Below are positions 27,426-42,193 of a stretch of 64,000 nt of DNA, piece after piece; the first letter of the stretch is position 1; each line of letters opens with the position of its first letter. The stretch is from Eledone cirrhosa (lineage: Eukaryota): positions 396,862,001 to 396,926,000 of the forward strand of contig OZ024740.1 in assembly GCA_964016885.1 (NCBI GenBank), in the 5' to 3' direction. The position numbers and the translations under genes were made by a program. The notes beneath the pieces are model-generated. The model searched no databases. It was not told the DNA's origin and was given only the letters and a program-made list of their open reading frames with translations.

Positions 27426-29682
27426 CATGAGAGAGAGAATTGACCTAAGTATTTTACTAGTACTTTATTTATTGACCACAAAAAGATGAAAGGTAGAGTT
27501 GATCTTGGTGAAATTTGAACTCAAAGTGTAGAGAGCCAGAACAAATACCACAAGTTATTCCATCCAATTCTCCAATAACTGTCACTTCATCTTCTTATAT
27601 GTATAGGTATACACATTTTTGAATCATAGTTTTATATTACATATATACATATACACAGAATATATATGTCCATGTAATTATTTGTTCATGTGTGTTTAAA
27701 TAATGTTGAAAGCAAACTAATTTAGCAAAAGCCACAATACTGCAGTAATTTTCTCTTGATTCTAGATAAATTGAGATTATCTATAAGAAGTGTTTGGTTG
27801 ATATTGTTCTGAGAACAATAACTAAGGAGACAGAGGTCAGATAAGACTAAAATAGTGAGAAAAGAACAAAATGTACCGCATGAAATATGGAAACTAAATG
27901 ATGAATTATTGGATGAGATTATTTCTAGTTAAGAACACTGATTGATTGCTCCAGGTAATGCACTTGTGGACCAGAGATCATTGGTTCAATATCTTGCTCC
28001 TAGCATTATTGTCCTCATTATTTTTGTTGCCTTTGTAGTTACCACTATCTGAATAACTCGATTTTTAAGAATAATTTATCCACTATATCCATCCATTTTT
28101 AAGATAGTAGAATGAACCTTGAAGAATATTTCTCTGCTAGTTGTAACACTCTTATTGTATTGTTTAACAGACTTTCACATCTATCATATTTTTCATTGTA
28201 CCTTACTATGTTTCAAGACTTTAGCTTACAATATTGAAGAGAGAAATACTTGTATAGTTGCTGCAGTCAAACCTATACCAGTATATGTTCATAAAAGAAA
28301 AACATCATTTCACTGTTGCAAAATAAAGGAATGATATGAGAGGCATGTTATCTCAAGTTCTAGCACTTAAAGGCCTGTTTTAAAGATAAAGAATTTGGTA
28401 GGGGATATTTAACTCCTTACCAGAAGAGATTAAAAAATATTTTTAGTGATTAGCCCGAAAAGAAATAGCATAGTTCCTGATATTTTCAAGCTCAATCAGG
28501 CTGAGAAGCATGATATAGTTGATAATCAGTTTGAATGTTTTTGAGCTGACAACTGAAGGATAAGATGTAAGCATAGAAAACAATTCCAGCAAGCTGCCGC
28601 TTTAAGGAGGAATGATTGTAAAATATGTTTAGTGTATAAAACACAGAAGCATTTGTAGTGATTTTGAGACCTTCAATAGTGGGGTATTATTTTCTTGATG
28701 TAAGAAGTACCTTTGTGGTCTGTTGAAAGAGACTATACTGTCATGTACTCAAAGGGAAGTTTTGTAAATTTCTGTAATGAAAGTATAACTGCTAACATGA
28801 GGTTATATTGTTGTATGTGGAAGACACTTGAGTATGGAAGGATAAAAAGAAATGCAATGGGATATAATCTGTTTTGGTGTGTGTATGGTTAGAAATGAAA
28901 AGTGCAATCCTTAATATATAGAATGAAAGGTGTGAAAGATACAACCAGACCTTGGGGATACTGCAGAGTTGATATAAGTTTGGTATAATAGAATTGATAG
29001 GATATTTTTAGAATGTTTGTACAGTAGATTTGATAGGATATAGATAGGATGTGTATCCATGGATGTTTGTACAGATAAGGGAGAATTGTCCAATGAATTA
29101 ATTATTGTATTAGATGTTTTTATAGGTATTTAGATGAAGGTTTTAGAGGGATGGGAAAATAAACTTGTAGCTCAAAAGTTGCAATTAAATACTATGGAAT
29201 TTAATGAGCTTGGCTGGGGTTCATGAATTTCTGTATTTGCTAACTAGGAAAGAGTATCAGTTCTAAACTGTGTATGATGTGGACATAAGACTATACACCA
29301 GTTAATAGGAAGTTACCCACTGATTTGGGTACCTATATTATCTGGTAGTAATCCTTCACTGAAGCACCTTTCCACTGGTATCCTTTGACAATTCATATCA
29401 AGGGATTGTGTTATCTTCAAATGAGGGCCCTGATCAGAGTGTTCATAACAATGTGAACTCTATTAAAAGCATGCAAGAACCAAGTGATGCATTAGACACC
29501 CCCCACACGTAAAAGAGCAATTGTGTTTTATCAAGGCATCTGTATTAGAGAGATTATTTTATCACAGCCAGAGTATCTGAGACAGGCAACTTTCAATGTG
29601 GGAGTAGGAGTTTAAGGAGGTTCTCTGTATCAAGGTTCATTGTACACTTGCAAAGTTACATGAAGGTAAAAAAAGTAAAAAG

Positions 29683-29722
<40 letters not shown>

Positions 29723-30155
29723 GAGATTGTACAGAGATAGATGTAAATTTATTCATGAAAAGCTACTTGATAGTGAAAGAAAAGTTAGGTATTTAGTATT
29801 TTCAAAGACTCTTGTAAGTTTTATACTGTCACAGTCCAATATTAAGATGTGTAAGATACATCATAGTAATATGTACATGATACATTCAGTTTACTTTTCT
29901 TCCTGTTCCTATATGCCATTAAGTTTGGCAAACATGGACTCATTAGAAAAGAATTGAATATATTCTTACTTGATTGTATTAGTTATAAGTGAAGCTGTTG
30001 AGGAGAATTGCCAAGTGAATACAGTATCAATTTAAACTTGTCTTGATCCCAGAGGTTCATCAGTTTGAAGTTATTTCCAATTCATGAGGTGTTCATCCCT
30101 TTGATACTAGCCTGCCCAAAACTGCTTCTGGTTCTGTGAAAACTACCCATTTAAA

Positions 30156-30353
30156 CCCTTTAACATTTAAACCAACTGTATCCAGCCAGAATTCTCTCAC
30201 CTCTTTCTGTTCAATCAAACTGGCCATAACTGACCGTACCGACTTTAAGATTTTGTTCTCAAAGTAAATAATATCAAACCTTATAGATTCGATTTATGTA
30301 AGATAATTATGTAAGATAAATAGTAAATATAGAGTAATGAAAATGCTAAAGGG
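30156..30353. mobile_element. piggyBac-type MITE (family of 35501-35910 and 49387-49606)
   Basis: ccctttaacattt...aatgctaaaggg|TTAA. Confidence 0.65.
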
Positions 30354-33300
30354 TTAAAGGATTTCTATTTAAATATTTTCCAACATAGTTTTATATAACC
30401 TTTTGTGAAGTTATATTACAAATACCATCTTAATAAAACAATTATTTAAGTAAATTCTCCAAATCTTTCATTAATTAATTCAAATATGGTGTACTTCATT
30501 AACAATATCATTAAAAAGGGATAAATCATTATGAGAACAAGACTCCTTCAATGGAAAGAATGCCATCACAAGATTAGCTGATGCTGGTACAAATTTTCCA
30601 GATGAGCAATGTGAAATGAAGGGCCTTGTTTAAGGACCTAATATATTGCCTGGTCTGTGTGCCTTTCTGATTAATACCAATTATAAATTCATTGATTGCT
30701 GATTCATATCTGACTATGCATTGAAAAAAAAAAAAAAGTAACTTCACAAACATTATTTGATCAGAATTTGGTAAATGTTTAGAAGAAATACATATTGGGT
30801 AAACTTATTTGTGATAGACTATTATATCTGATTTGGTTGGTGATTTATGTCTCAACCATGTAAAAAAAACAAAAAAAAAACAGAGATAACTTATAGCTAA
30901 AAATTTACTATTTGAGTTGCTTTAAAGGAAAAGAGAAACTTAACCAATCATATCTGAGATTGGGGATTTCAGAAACAGTTTTGCTATGTGAGGACTACAT
31001 ATATGACTCCTCCATATATGAGAGCAGTAGAAAGAAACAAACCATGTGAAATTTGTATGAAAGTCAGCTGATGCCATAACATTTCAATATTGATGATGCC
31101 ATAAAAAGTACAGAAACAATAAAATGTTTGATATGCTTATTGAGTTAAGAAAGACAGAAATAGACTAGTAGTGCAGCTGATAGAAAGCAAATGTAAGTGA
31201 GACTGCTTATCGGAGCAAAAGGCATGTATAACAATACCACCTGCTTTGTCATATACTTCACACATGTAAACATACTTCTATGAGCTATTGACTGCTTAAG
31301 AGAGATTTAATTATAATATATCAAACATTTCATGTGTGTTCACTTGCAGATACTTATGTATGATTTTATATTAGTTTGTAACACATTTTGAAACCTATAC
31401 ATGCATGTGCATACAAAATACACATAGATATGGTTTACACAGTGTTTGTATACATATTAATCTCTTAAACACACACATAAACTCATGCATACAAACACTC
31501 ATAAACACACAGATATGTCTTACATAGAATTTGTATGCATGTTTATTTCTTAAATGCACTCATAAATATATGTATACACACACAGACTCACATACATGGC
31601 TAGGAATTGTTTTGCAAAACTCTTTATCACATACATAGATATACATGTCCAAAGATAGAGGTACAGACAAATGAGTTAGAATTGGCATACATGTGCGTGC
31701 ATGTGTGTGTGTATGTATGTGTGAGCGTGTGTATATTACACATTCACACAGACAGATTAACAAATGGTTTAGAACTGGTTATATCTTTTTATCAAAACAC
31801 ACACACACATATATACATACACACACACATATCTACACACAGAGGTTACTAAGTGGTGCATTGTCAATAATTCTTCAAGATAAAAGATAGTTAAGTAAAT
31901 ATGATTTGATGATGTCATGTGTTTGAAGCAAATACAAGTTCAAAAACTGAATTTCAATGAAAGATTGTAAGAAATCTTTGGCGGAACATCTTGAACAAGA
32001 GATGAAAATGTGTGCTGAATAGAAATCAGCAAAAATAGAAAAGGAAATGTTTATAAGAGAAGAAATAATTATCATGTAAATCAAGAAATATTGTTAGCCA
32101 TAAGGTTAACCATAAAGAAAATCTTTCATTTATTCAATGGTAACTTGAAAGATTTCCATTAATGGATGTAATAATAGCAGGGTTTGAAGAAAAGGTCTCA
32201 AGACTGAAAGATTGGATACAATTAGGTTTTAGATGATGGGGAATTGAATAAAATAATCTTCCTCTTCTCTTACACACACTGTACTTTAACGAAGAGTCTA
32301 TTGCTACTGAAAGCTTATAGTTTTGCCTGGTTTTACATTTGCATCAGCAGGAGAATTAAGTACTGAGTGGATCAGGCTGAAGCAATATATTTGGCTTGGT
32401 TGTTAACATACATACATATGTATGCATATAATATATATAATAAAATATATATTTTACTTATATGTATTGAGTGCTCACTCAATGTTTGACTATTTTTATG
32501 TCTGGTTATAGATAATAATAATAATAATGAAATTATTGTGTACATCAATATATATATATATATACATATAGTAATAAGAATATTTATATTTATATATGTT
32601 TAATACAATTATAAATATGGAGGGTAATACTAAATACTAGCTGGTTACCGGTATGACAAAAGGCTCAATGCAAATTATCAAGTGTTTTACAGAGCCGAGA
32701 TACAAAATGTTAAAATGATCAAATTTTAGTTTAGAACATTTATTTGCTGACAATTGTTTCTTCCAGAGGGAAGTCTGGAATCATCGGAGCATAGGGAATG
32801 TCAAAACATGTGACTAAAATCCTAGTCATTCAGAACATTTAGGATACATAAGTGTTGTTAGTGTCATATGCATTTACAGTAATGCCTTGTTAAATCATAC
32901 TAATAGGCTTGGAAAGGTGTTCATTTCAGCTGATTATCTGGATTAACTAATGGGAGGGGATAATATTGTATACATATAGAATATTACACGTTGTATGCTA
33001 AATAAGATAAATAGTAACAAAATTACTGAAAATACTGTAAACATCACTGAACAGAGGGTGATGTGCCCCTGACTTCAAGAGTTTATATTGACATCATCAT
33101 CATTGCCGCCACCGCCACCATCATTAGAGTTTAAGAAAGAGCCATGACTAGTTAATGAGATTAATTTTGAGTTTTTCTAAAATTGATAAGTGTACTATTT
33201 TCTGAACTTTCCTTTTCTTCTTCATGGAGTAAAGCTATTTCCATTTTTGATTTCTCTTTTTAATTTCCATATTTCAGGTTCCTATCACACCATGGGTCCT

Positions 33301-33709
33301 GAACTCCAGATGAAGATGTAGAGATAATCTTGGGGGTATTTAATTTTGGCAGAGCCCATCCACCTCCCGGTCAGAAAATAGCCAACTCCTCCTCCTTCTC
33401 CTTTGAGAGAGAGAGAATGAGAAAGAAGCCAATAGAGTAAGTGAGAAAGAGAGATAGAAGAAGAATTGGCCCTAGTATTGGACTGATACTTTATGGACCA
33501 TGGAAGGGTTTGAATTGGAAGCAGAGAGCCAGATTAAATACTATAAAGCTTTTTGTCCATAGATTTCTCTTACCACTTGTTGAGTATAACACTGCACACA
33601 CAGAGCAAGACATGCTCACCTGACCTGGCATTTCTCACAATGGGATAACTTGTCTAACCCATGCTAGCATGGAAAAATGGATGTGTGATGATGATGATAT
33701 ATATATATA

Positions 33710-33925
33710 TATTTATTAAAATAACAGATTAAAGTTTAAGCAAAGAATCACTGCTTTCACCCTTAACGGGATCTTCTGAAACTAAGATCCCATTAAGGGT
33801 GAAAGCAGCGATTCTTTGCTTAAACTTTAATCTGTTATTTTGATAAATATTTGCTCTACGGTTCTTATATATTTAATATACATTTGTCCTTATCGAGCCC
33901 TCTTTGGATTTTGGTCTTCACATTT
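33710..33925. mobile_element. Mini palindromic element with a hammerhead-like motif (family of 41221-42134)
   Basis: Arms ~33710-33774 and ~33785-33849, then a one-sided tail homologous to the reverse complement of 41221-41294. Confidence 0.75.
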
Positions 33926-33943
33926 ATTATTATTACTATATAT

Positions 33944-34625
33944 CATCATCATCATCATCATCATTTTACGTCCGCTTTTCCCTGCTTGGGACGGGTCTTA
34001 TTCAGCACAGCATCTCTACACTCGTCACGGTCCCTCGTCATCTCCACCGTGAGCTTCAATGATCTGAGGTCTGTTCTCACCACCTCCGCCCATGTTTTTC
34101 GTGGTCTACCTCTACCACGTCTTCCTTCAACTGGCAATTCCTGGCACTTCTTCACCCATCGGTCATCCTCCATGTGCATCACATGTCCATACCACCTCAG
34201 TCTCCTCTCCCGTACACTACATTCTATCCCTCTCAGACACAGTTTCTCTCTCAACACATTTATGCTGGGTCGTTCACGCACATTTACACTGCACATCCAA
34301 TGGAGCATGCTTGCCTCATTTCTCTCTAGCCGTCGCATATCCTCTGCAGTTGCTGCCCAAGTCTCACTACCATGCAGCATCGCACTCCTCACACAGGCAT
34401 CATACAACCGGCCTTTCGTACGCAGGGAGAAACCCTTCTTCATCAACAGAGGAAGCAGCTCCCTAAACTTCTTCCAACCCGTCCTTATTCTAGATACTAT
34501 GGCCTCGGAACACCCTCCTCCCATGCTAATCTGATCTCCTAGGTACCGGAAGCTATCCACCACTTCTATAGCGCCCTCTTGCATTTGACAAATGTGTCTA
34601 TCAGTGCGACTTCTACTGTCTAATT
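33944..34625 (-). mobile_element. 5'-truncated RTE LINE (RT C-terminus and 3' tail)
   Basis: EVVDSFRYLG, RIRTGWKKF, MLHGSETW, RRLRWYGHV, RGRGRPRKTW; ends in (GAT)n. Confidence 0.92.
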
Positions 34626-34633
34626 TCCCACAC

Positions 34634-34666
<33 letters not shown>

Positions 34667-35500
34667 TGCGAGAGAGGGGGCAGGCAGACAGACAGAGAAA
34701 CAAAGATAGGAAAAATAAAGACAGTAATGGCTATAAGTCAACTCAAGCTCTTTTATTTCATCTTTAATTTATTTCTTCCCAAATAAATGCATTATTCAAT
34801 AGACTAACGAAGAATGCATGAAAATTGTTGAATTTTCTCATTTGAGTGGAAAATTAACAATTCATACACGCTGTTTTTGTGAGTGCATACACACAAGTGT
34901 ATGTGAGTGTGTGTATGTGTTAGTGCGTGTGTTAATAAAATACTCAGATAAAAGAAGTAAGTGTGAATTATTAATTTTCCAGTCAAATGATAACATTGTG
35001 CTCTCACTCCAACCTCCAATTAAATCACTTCTTATTCCCACCACCACCATCACAACATACCAAGAAACATATATAACAGAATACACACTATCCTATCTCT
35101 GCCAACAACAGTCTGGTTATTGTGTATGTGTATGGCAGTATCTCATAAGACATTGGATCAAGAGCAACTGTTTTTATGAGCTGTGCAGCTTCAGTACATT
35201 TATTGATTAAAACTAGGAAAAGAATATAAGGCCATCACTACAAAGGAGAGTTTAGGTCCCTAATCCATTGGGTTAATGGGTACAACTCTAATTGAGCAGA
35301 TGTATGATCAAACCCATTCCAGCCATGGCTAATCTTTCTGTATATCTATGAATAAATGTGTCCATCCTTTTTGAAGGCAGTACGTTATTATTTGAGGGAT
35401 ATTAGCTGTTATTTCTAACTTTTCAAACAGTCACATAGAGGCTTCCTTATTGTTAGTGGAGTCTATCTCTTTCCAAATTATACTGACAGAAAAGGTTTAA

Positions 35501-35910
35501 CCCTTTAGCATTTACAATACTCTATATTTACTATTATATTTTCTTGGTAAAGGCTTTACCTCACATAATTATTCACATAATATCGAATCTGAGATTTTGA
35601 TACTATTTATTTTGAGAGGGTGGTAGATTGGTAGTATTGGTAGAGGGTCAGATGCCATGTTTTGCAACATAGAGTTACGTCCCTTTACGGTCTGAGTTCA
35701 AATTCCGCTGCAGTTAACTTTGCCTTACGGGGTCGATAAAATAAAGCACCAGTAATGCACTGGGATAATTGCTGGCCTTGTGCCAAAAATAGAAACATTT
35801 ATTTTGAGAACAATACCTTAACATCAGTATAAGTGGCCAGTTAGAGTAGGTTTGAACAGAAAGAGGTGAGAGAATTCTGGCTGGATACAGCCAGTTTAAA
35901 TGCTAAAGGG
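35501..35910. mobile_element. piggyBac-type MITE with nested SINE (35618-35796, +)
   Basis: TTAA|ccctttagcattt...aaatgctaaaggg|TTAA. SINE flanked by the tttattttgaga target-site duplication. Confidence 0.8.
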
Positions 35911-37459
35911 TTAATTTAACACTGCAAATTAATGAATGAACTAACTGTCAACTTTTACATCTGTCACTGTTTGGAGTGATGATTTAGTTGTTCTTCTATG
36001 CAATTTCTATTTACAATAAATCCACTATCACAACATATTGACCGTAACAGGTTTTGTATTACCCCTTTCATTACTGTATTACTAACAAAATACTTTGAAT
36101 TTTTTTTTGTAATCCATAAAGAATTTAGATTGTATTTATTAAAATTATAATTTTATTATGATGATATTTGTAACACAACAAAATGTTCTCATATAAAATG
36201 ATGTTGGAAGGTTATAATTTAGGGAGGAACACTTTAAAATGGTTTTGTTTTATAGAAACAGTGGCAGTTTGGGGCAGGTTGGTATCAAAAAGATGAAATT
36301 CAATATTGTTTATCTGAAAGGTTTGATATTTGCATAAGAATTAGTAGGGCAAATAATTAAACAGTTAGATATTCTTATATCTATCCAATTGACCATAAAG
36401 CATAAAGTTGTAAAGGAATACAGCATATAATTCTAGGTATGAAAAATTATATATTTGGTCTTAGTCATTTTCAAATGTCAGAAATGGTATTGAGTTGATT
36501 TGTAAAATGTCAAATGTGAAACTTTTAATTTATCAAAGAAAAACATTAATATCCTGAAGTTAAAACATGTATATAACGATTATCTGAATATTTTTCTTTT
36601 AAGAGAGAAGATTCAACATATATATGATTATTTATACAGAGAGAGAGAGAGAGAGGGGGGGGGGGGGTAATTGACTGAAGTACTTGACTGCCATTTTAAT
36701 TTATTGGCCTCAGAAGATGAACGTCAAATCTGACCATAACAGGATTTCAACTGATAATACAAAGAGCCAGAAAATGAATGACTGTCACACCACATACACT
36801 CACAGACAGACACACATATGTATTCCAGATTTTAGAAAAGGCATATATTCCTGTATGCTGTAAAACATTGTTTTAAACCATCATATCCAAACCCATGCCA
36901 GCATGGAAAAGTGGACATAACTACGATGATGTATGCATGTATAATAAATATTATTGCACAACACATTTAATTTAATTTTATGTAGATATAACTACAGTTT
37001 TTAAAATATAAGCCTTGTTGTGAAAACAAATGAGTATAAACATACTTTTGTTATTCTCTTCATACACAGAAAGACATTAAACACTACCTTTATGCATAAA
37101 CACCACTACTATAACTTCTCTTCATTGGTTGAGACATATAGGCAATATCTTGTATTTTTCTGTGTTAGAAAAGAATATCAAAAGTGTGTTTACACTAGTT
37201 TATTTTACATTGTGTTTTATAATTTAAAACCTGTAATTATACACACACGCACACACACATATATATAATGTGTATATATATATATATATATATATACCAT
37301 CATGGAAAGAAAACATAAAATGATGATGTTTATGATGATGATGTGTGTGTTTTTAAACATAGCTTTTCTTCACATTAGTGGCAATGTTTGTTTATGTGCA
37401 TCATAAACAAAGGTCCTGAGATTCAGCAGTTTGACATGTCAAAAAACAATACCTTACTT

Positions 37460-38895
37460 AAAGAAAAAAATAAGGCTTGACACTAGGAAGGGCATCTAGT
37501 CATAGGACACTACCTCCAAAATATCTCGTCCAGCCCATGCTGGTTTGATCTCACTGTGTGGCATCCTGGACATGCCTTTTTACCATAATCTCAGGCTAAC
37601 CCAAGCCATGTGAGTGAACTGGAGTAGATGGGAGCTACTTAGAAGCTTGTAGAATGACCTGGGGACATAATTTAAAGGACCACCATTACTACACTGTGTC
37701 ATACAGAATTTCTCAGAGAATTGTGTCACGTGTATTCATCTCTGGAATACTCAGCCACTTACATGCTAAACTCAAGAGATGACCATTCTGTTAATGATCT
37801 ACAGGAAGTTGCATGATCAGAATCTGGCAGAAGTCCATTTACTTTTACATGTATACACATACACATATAGATATATATATACACATGCATATGTTGAAAC
37901 ACATATAGCTATGTGCATATATATGCATATGCACACATGCATACATATATGCATGTACATGCTAATGCACACACACTCACATACATGCACATATATACAG
38001 ACACAAACACATATATAAAGACATAGTCAGCATGTCAATATGTGGAATATGTGAAACAAATGTTATGAAATTACTATTCTAGTATCTGCTGATGTTCAAA
38101 TATACGTGCACACCCACACAAATACAACCACATGCTCACACTTATGCATGTTGACATAAGCATAAAGCTTAATGTAGCAGAGGTAGCGTATAGTGTATTT
38201 AATCTCAATAATTTAAAGGTGACTACATTATTCACCAGGATAGAATGACCAGCAATGCCAAATCGGGCTGAATAAAGATTAAATCAAACATTCTAGTCTG
38301 ACTCTGGAATGTTTCCTGTCTTCATTCACTCACCAACTTCCACCCCCTCTCTCGCTCACACACACACATGCAAACACACACACATATATATACAAATACA
38401 TAGAAACATGTATATATATATATACACACACACAGATATATAATATATAATATATCGACAGTCGATCGACAAGATCCCAGACCTCATTCGCTTTACGAGT
38501 GGGGTGGATCTCGTTATATTGAACCAAGGAAACAATGTTTCCATTGGTCTTCCTAACACTATCTGTTGGTCGCAAATCCAGACAGAAAGAGCAACGTGAA
38601 ATAAAGTGTCTTGCTCAAGGACATAACGCATCACCTGGTCCAGGAATCAAAATCACGACCTCATGATTGCGGATCCAATTCTCTAACCATTCAGCCACGT
38701 GCCTTCACAATATAATATATATATAAAGAAAAAAGTAAGGTTTGACACTAGGAAGGGCATCTAGTTATAGAACACTGCCTCCAAAATATCACGTCCAGCC
38801 CATGCTGGTTTGATCTCACTGTGTGGCATCCTGGACATGCCTTTTTACCATAATCTGAGGCTAACCCAAGCCATGTGAGTGAACTGGAGTAGATA
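37460..38895 (+). repeat. ~170-bp local direct duplication (37460-37629 and 38725-38894)
   Basis: Near-identical aaggcttgacactaggaagggcatctag...gtgaactggagtagat. Confidence 0.85.
38455..38706 (-). mobile_element. tRNA-derived CORE-type SINE
   Basis: Minus-strand head ggcacgtggctgaatggttagag, then ccttgagcaagacacttt. Confidence 0.7.
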
Positions 38896-38958
38896 TGTAA
38901 ATACATACAAGCATGTATATATATATATAATAGGGGAAAATGGACATTAAATGATGAT

Positions 38959-38989
<31 letters not shown>

Positions 38990-39814
38990 GTATACAAACA
39001 CACAGAGACATATATAAGTATATATATGCATGTGTGTGTGTGTATGTATGCATACACACAGACACACATGCACACTTATATAAATAGGGAGAGAGAGAGA
39101 AGGGGAGATATGCATGTGTGTGTGTGTTTGAGAGCTCTGTATGTATGTGTATGTCTGTCAGCAAATCTGTATTTTTTAATGCTTTTGTTTAATAGTTTAA
39201 AACTTGAATATTAATTGTGACAATTAGCAAAACAGAACAATTCCTTATATATATTTAAAAAATTACATTTAAGAATGAATATAAGTTCAGAATCCAAATG
39301 AGTTATAACCTACCTTATTGTAGCTATTAATTGAGCCATAGCTGTGGAGTGTTAAGGGTCATGTACACTGGTAGTTTTTCCACCCACCATGGTGTAAGAA
39401 CATTGGATGGCCACACAGAACCATGATGAACCATATATGTGTCAACATTAGATGTTACAGCACAATCCTGTCATTTAGAGAACACTGAAGGATAGTCTTC
39501 TGAGGAATAAGTAATGCTATTTGTATAAGCAGTGCACCAGTGGCAGACTTCCTTGGAAACTGCAATGTGTATATGTAGTGCAGAAAATCTAAAGGATTTT
39601 GTTATATTTTTTGTTTAGGTTTTGTTTAGAATAAATAATAGATCTTCATTGGAATTTGTTCTATTTGAATTGGGGATTAATGAGATGAAATATTTATTAA
39701 GGGCTCATTTGATTCTAGGGAAGGTGTAATGACATGTTTCAGTGGAGAAAATGGATTAAATGAGGTTAAAGGATGAGCAGAGATGGAAACAATGATAAAG
39801 ATGTTGTGTGTGAG

Positions 39815-39863
<49 letters not shown>

Positions 39864-40454
39864 TAGATAGAAAGATGGTGTTAGGTGGTAATATACATGA
39901 ACAGGTTAATAGAGAAACAAATATTTATATGTGTGTGTATTGAGGGAGAGAGAGAGGGTGCGAGAGAGAGAGTTAAATAGATACATAGATAGTTGAGTAG
40001 AAATAGAGGGATAAACAAATAAAAATAAAAGAAGAGAAGGGGATGCGTAAATAGGGAGTGTGCTGGAGAGGAAGTGAACAAATAAATGAAATAAGTAGAA
40101 CTATTAGAACTAGATAACAGAGAAACAGCATGTTAGGTAGTTAAGAGAAGAAATATAGTTATATAGGAATATATATATGTGTGAACACATAAACACACAT
40201 ATATATTTATATACACACACATACACATATATATATATATACACATATATACACACACACATATATATACACATATATACACACACACACATATATATAT
40301 ATACACACACATACACACACACATACACACACACACACATACACACACACACACACACATATATATACACACACACATACATATATAGTTAATAAATGAA
40401 ACAAACAAAACACATGAGGCAAAATTACAGTTATATTAGGTTCACACATACATA

Positions 40455-40556
40455 CAGGATGTTCTCCTCACAATGTATACACACTTCAACAGCATTCTAA
40501 TAAATATTGCCTGTAGAGGTAATCAAAGTGTGTATACATTTTTGGGGGACACCCTG
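40455..40556. mobile_element. Tc1/mariner-type MITE (~100 bp)
   Basis: TA|caggatgttctcc...gggggacaccctg|TA with internal aatgtatacacactt / aagtgtgtatacatt. Confidence 0.75.
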
Positions 40557-40597
40557 TATATATGTGTGTGTGTGTGTGTGTGAATGTGGGTATATAT

Positions 40598-41022
40598 ATG
40601 CAAAAAGTAAACAGAAATAACAAAGTAAATAACACAGTACAATGAAGAAATATATTAGTTTAACACTTAATATAGTAGGAAAAGAGTCTTAAAATTTCGG
40701 ACACTTAGTCTGTCATCAAAGGATAGAATGAGAAATAAAAGATGAAATAGAGAGAATGAGAAGAGGAAGAAAGGGAAAAAAACATTGTTTTGAGAAAACA
40801 CGTGTGTGGTTAGCCAACTATTTTGGAGACTGTATGTGAGTGAGAAAGTGCCTGTGTGTGTGGGTGTGTGTGCCTGTGTGTGCCTGTGCGTGTGTGTGTG
40901 TGCCTGTGTGTGTGTATGTGTGTGTGTGTGTAAAGACTCTTTCCTACTATATCAAGCATTAAACAAATATATTTCTTCCTTGTATTGTTATTTGCTGTGT
41001 TGTTTCTGTTTACTTTTTGCAT
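40598..41022. mobile_element. Old head-to-head element with a degenerate hammerhead (40688-40722, minus)
   Basis: 40598-40690 is inverse to 40933-41022. Minus strand reads uUGAUGA-cagac uaagu gucc-GAAA. Confidence 0.55.
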
Positions 41023-41025
41023 GCA

Positions 41026-41099
<74 letters not shown>

Positions 41100-41151
41100 G
41101 GAGTGTGTATGCATATGTATGTATATACACGTGTATGTATATGAATGTGTG

Positions 41152-41210
<59 letters not shown>

Positions 41211-41220
41211 ATAATAATAA

Positions 41221-42134
41221 AATTGAAGACTAAAATCCAAAGAGGGCTCGATAAGGAAAATATATATCAAATATATAAGAACCGTAGAGCAAATATTTAT
41301 TAAAATAACAGATTAAAGTTTAAGCAAAGAATCGCTGCTTTCACCCTTAACGGGATCTTCTGAAACTAACAAAGTCAATCTGTAAACGCAGAACTGGATA
41401 TTTCAAAAAACGTTGCAACCGGAGGAAGACAGGAAGACGATACTTTGGTTCGTGGTAACGTTCGCTGGCAAAGAACGGGAAAAAACGAATAATACGTCAT
41501 TAATAGGAGCGGTGAAAACCAATTACGCGCAAAGACAGAACCACGTTTAAAGCATACACACACACACATATTTATATGTGAGTGGTTTTGTATACATATG
41601 GTAAGGTTTTGCGTATGCTTGTGTATGTACGTATCTGTTTGCGTGTATGTATTTATTTATTTACTTTGTTCTTAACTCTGTAGCGGAGATTCATTTGGTC
41701 TCCTAGTTAGAATTTTAGTCTACGACTTCTGCTATACCATTTACGTGGTTTTGTCTTTGCGTGCTATTGTTCTCCACGCACCACATATGACTTATTATCT
41801 TCGTTTTTTCTTTCATTGCCAGAGAACGTCTCTATGCACCACCTAAGAGAACATTAGTCTACGACCTCTTTTATACCATAAACGTGGTTCTGTCTTTGCG
41901 CGTAATTGTTTTTCACCGCTCCTATTAATGACGTATTATTCGTTTTTCCCCGTTCTTTGCCAGCGAACGTTACCACGAACCAAAGTATCGTCTTCCTGTC
42001 TTCCTCCGGTTGCAACGTTTTTTGAAATATCCAGTTCTGCGTTTACAGATTGACTTTGTTAGTTTCAGAAGATCCCGTTAAGGGTGAAAGCAGCGATTCT
42101 TTGCTTAAACTTTAATCTGTTATTTTAATAAATA
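41221..42134. mobile_element. Head-to-head non-coding Penelope-like remnant with ~255-bp arms
   Basis: 41295-41549 is inverse to 41879-42134. Tail 41221-41294 is on the left only. A diverged partial extra copy lies at ~41712-41850. Flanked by (TA)n. Confidence 0.75.
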
Positions 42135-42136
42135 AA

Positions 42137-42193
<57 letters not shown>

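Noticed and set aside
28300-29400. Possible very old minus-strand LINE remnant
   Set aside because: Compositional hint only; I could not recover diagnostic motifs.
33278-33400. Plus-strand exon after a strong acceptor (tttccatatttcag|)
   Set aside because: All three frames stop within about 15 codons and no partner exons were found.
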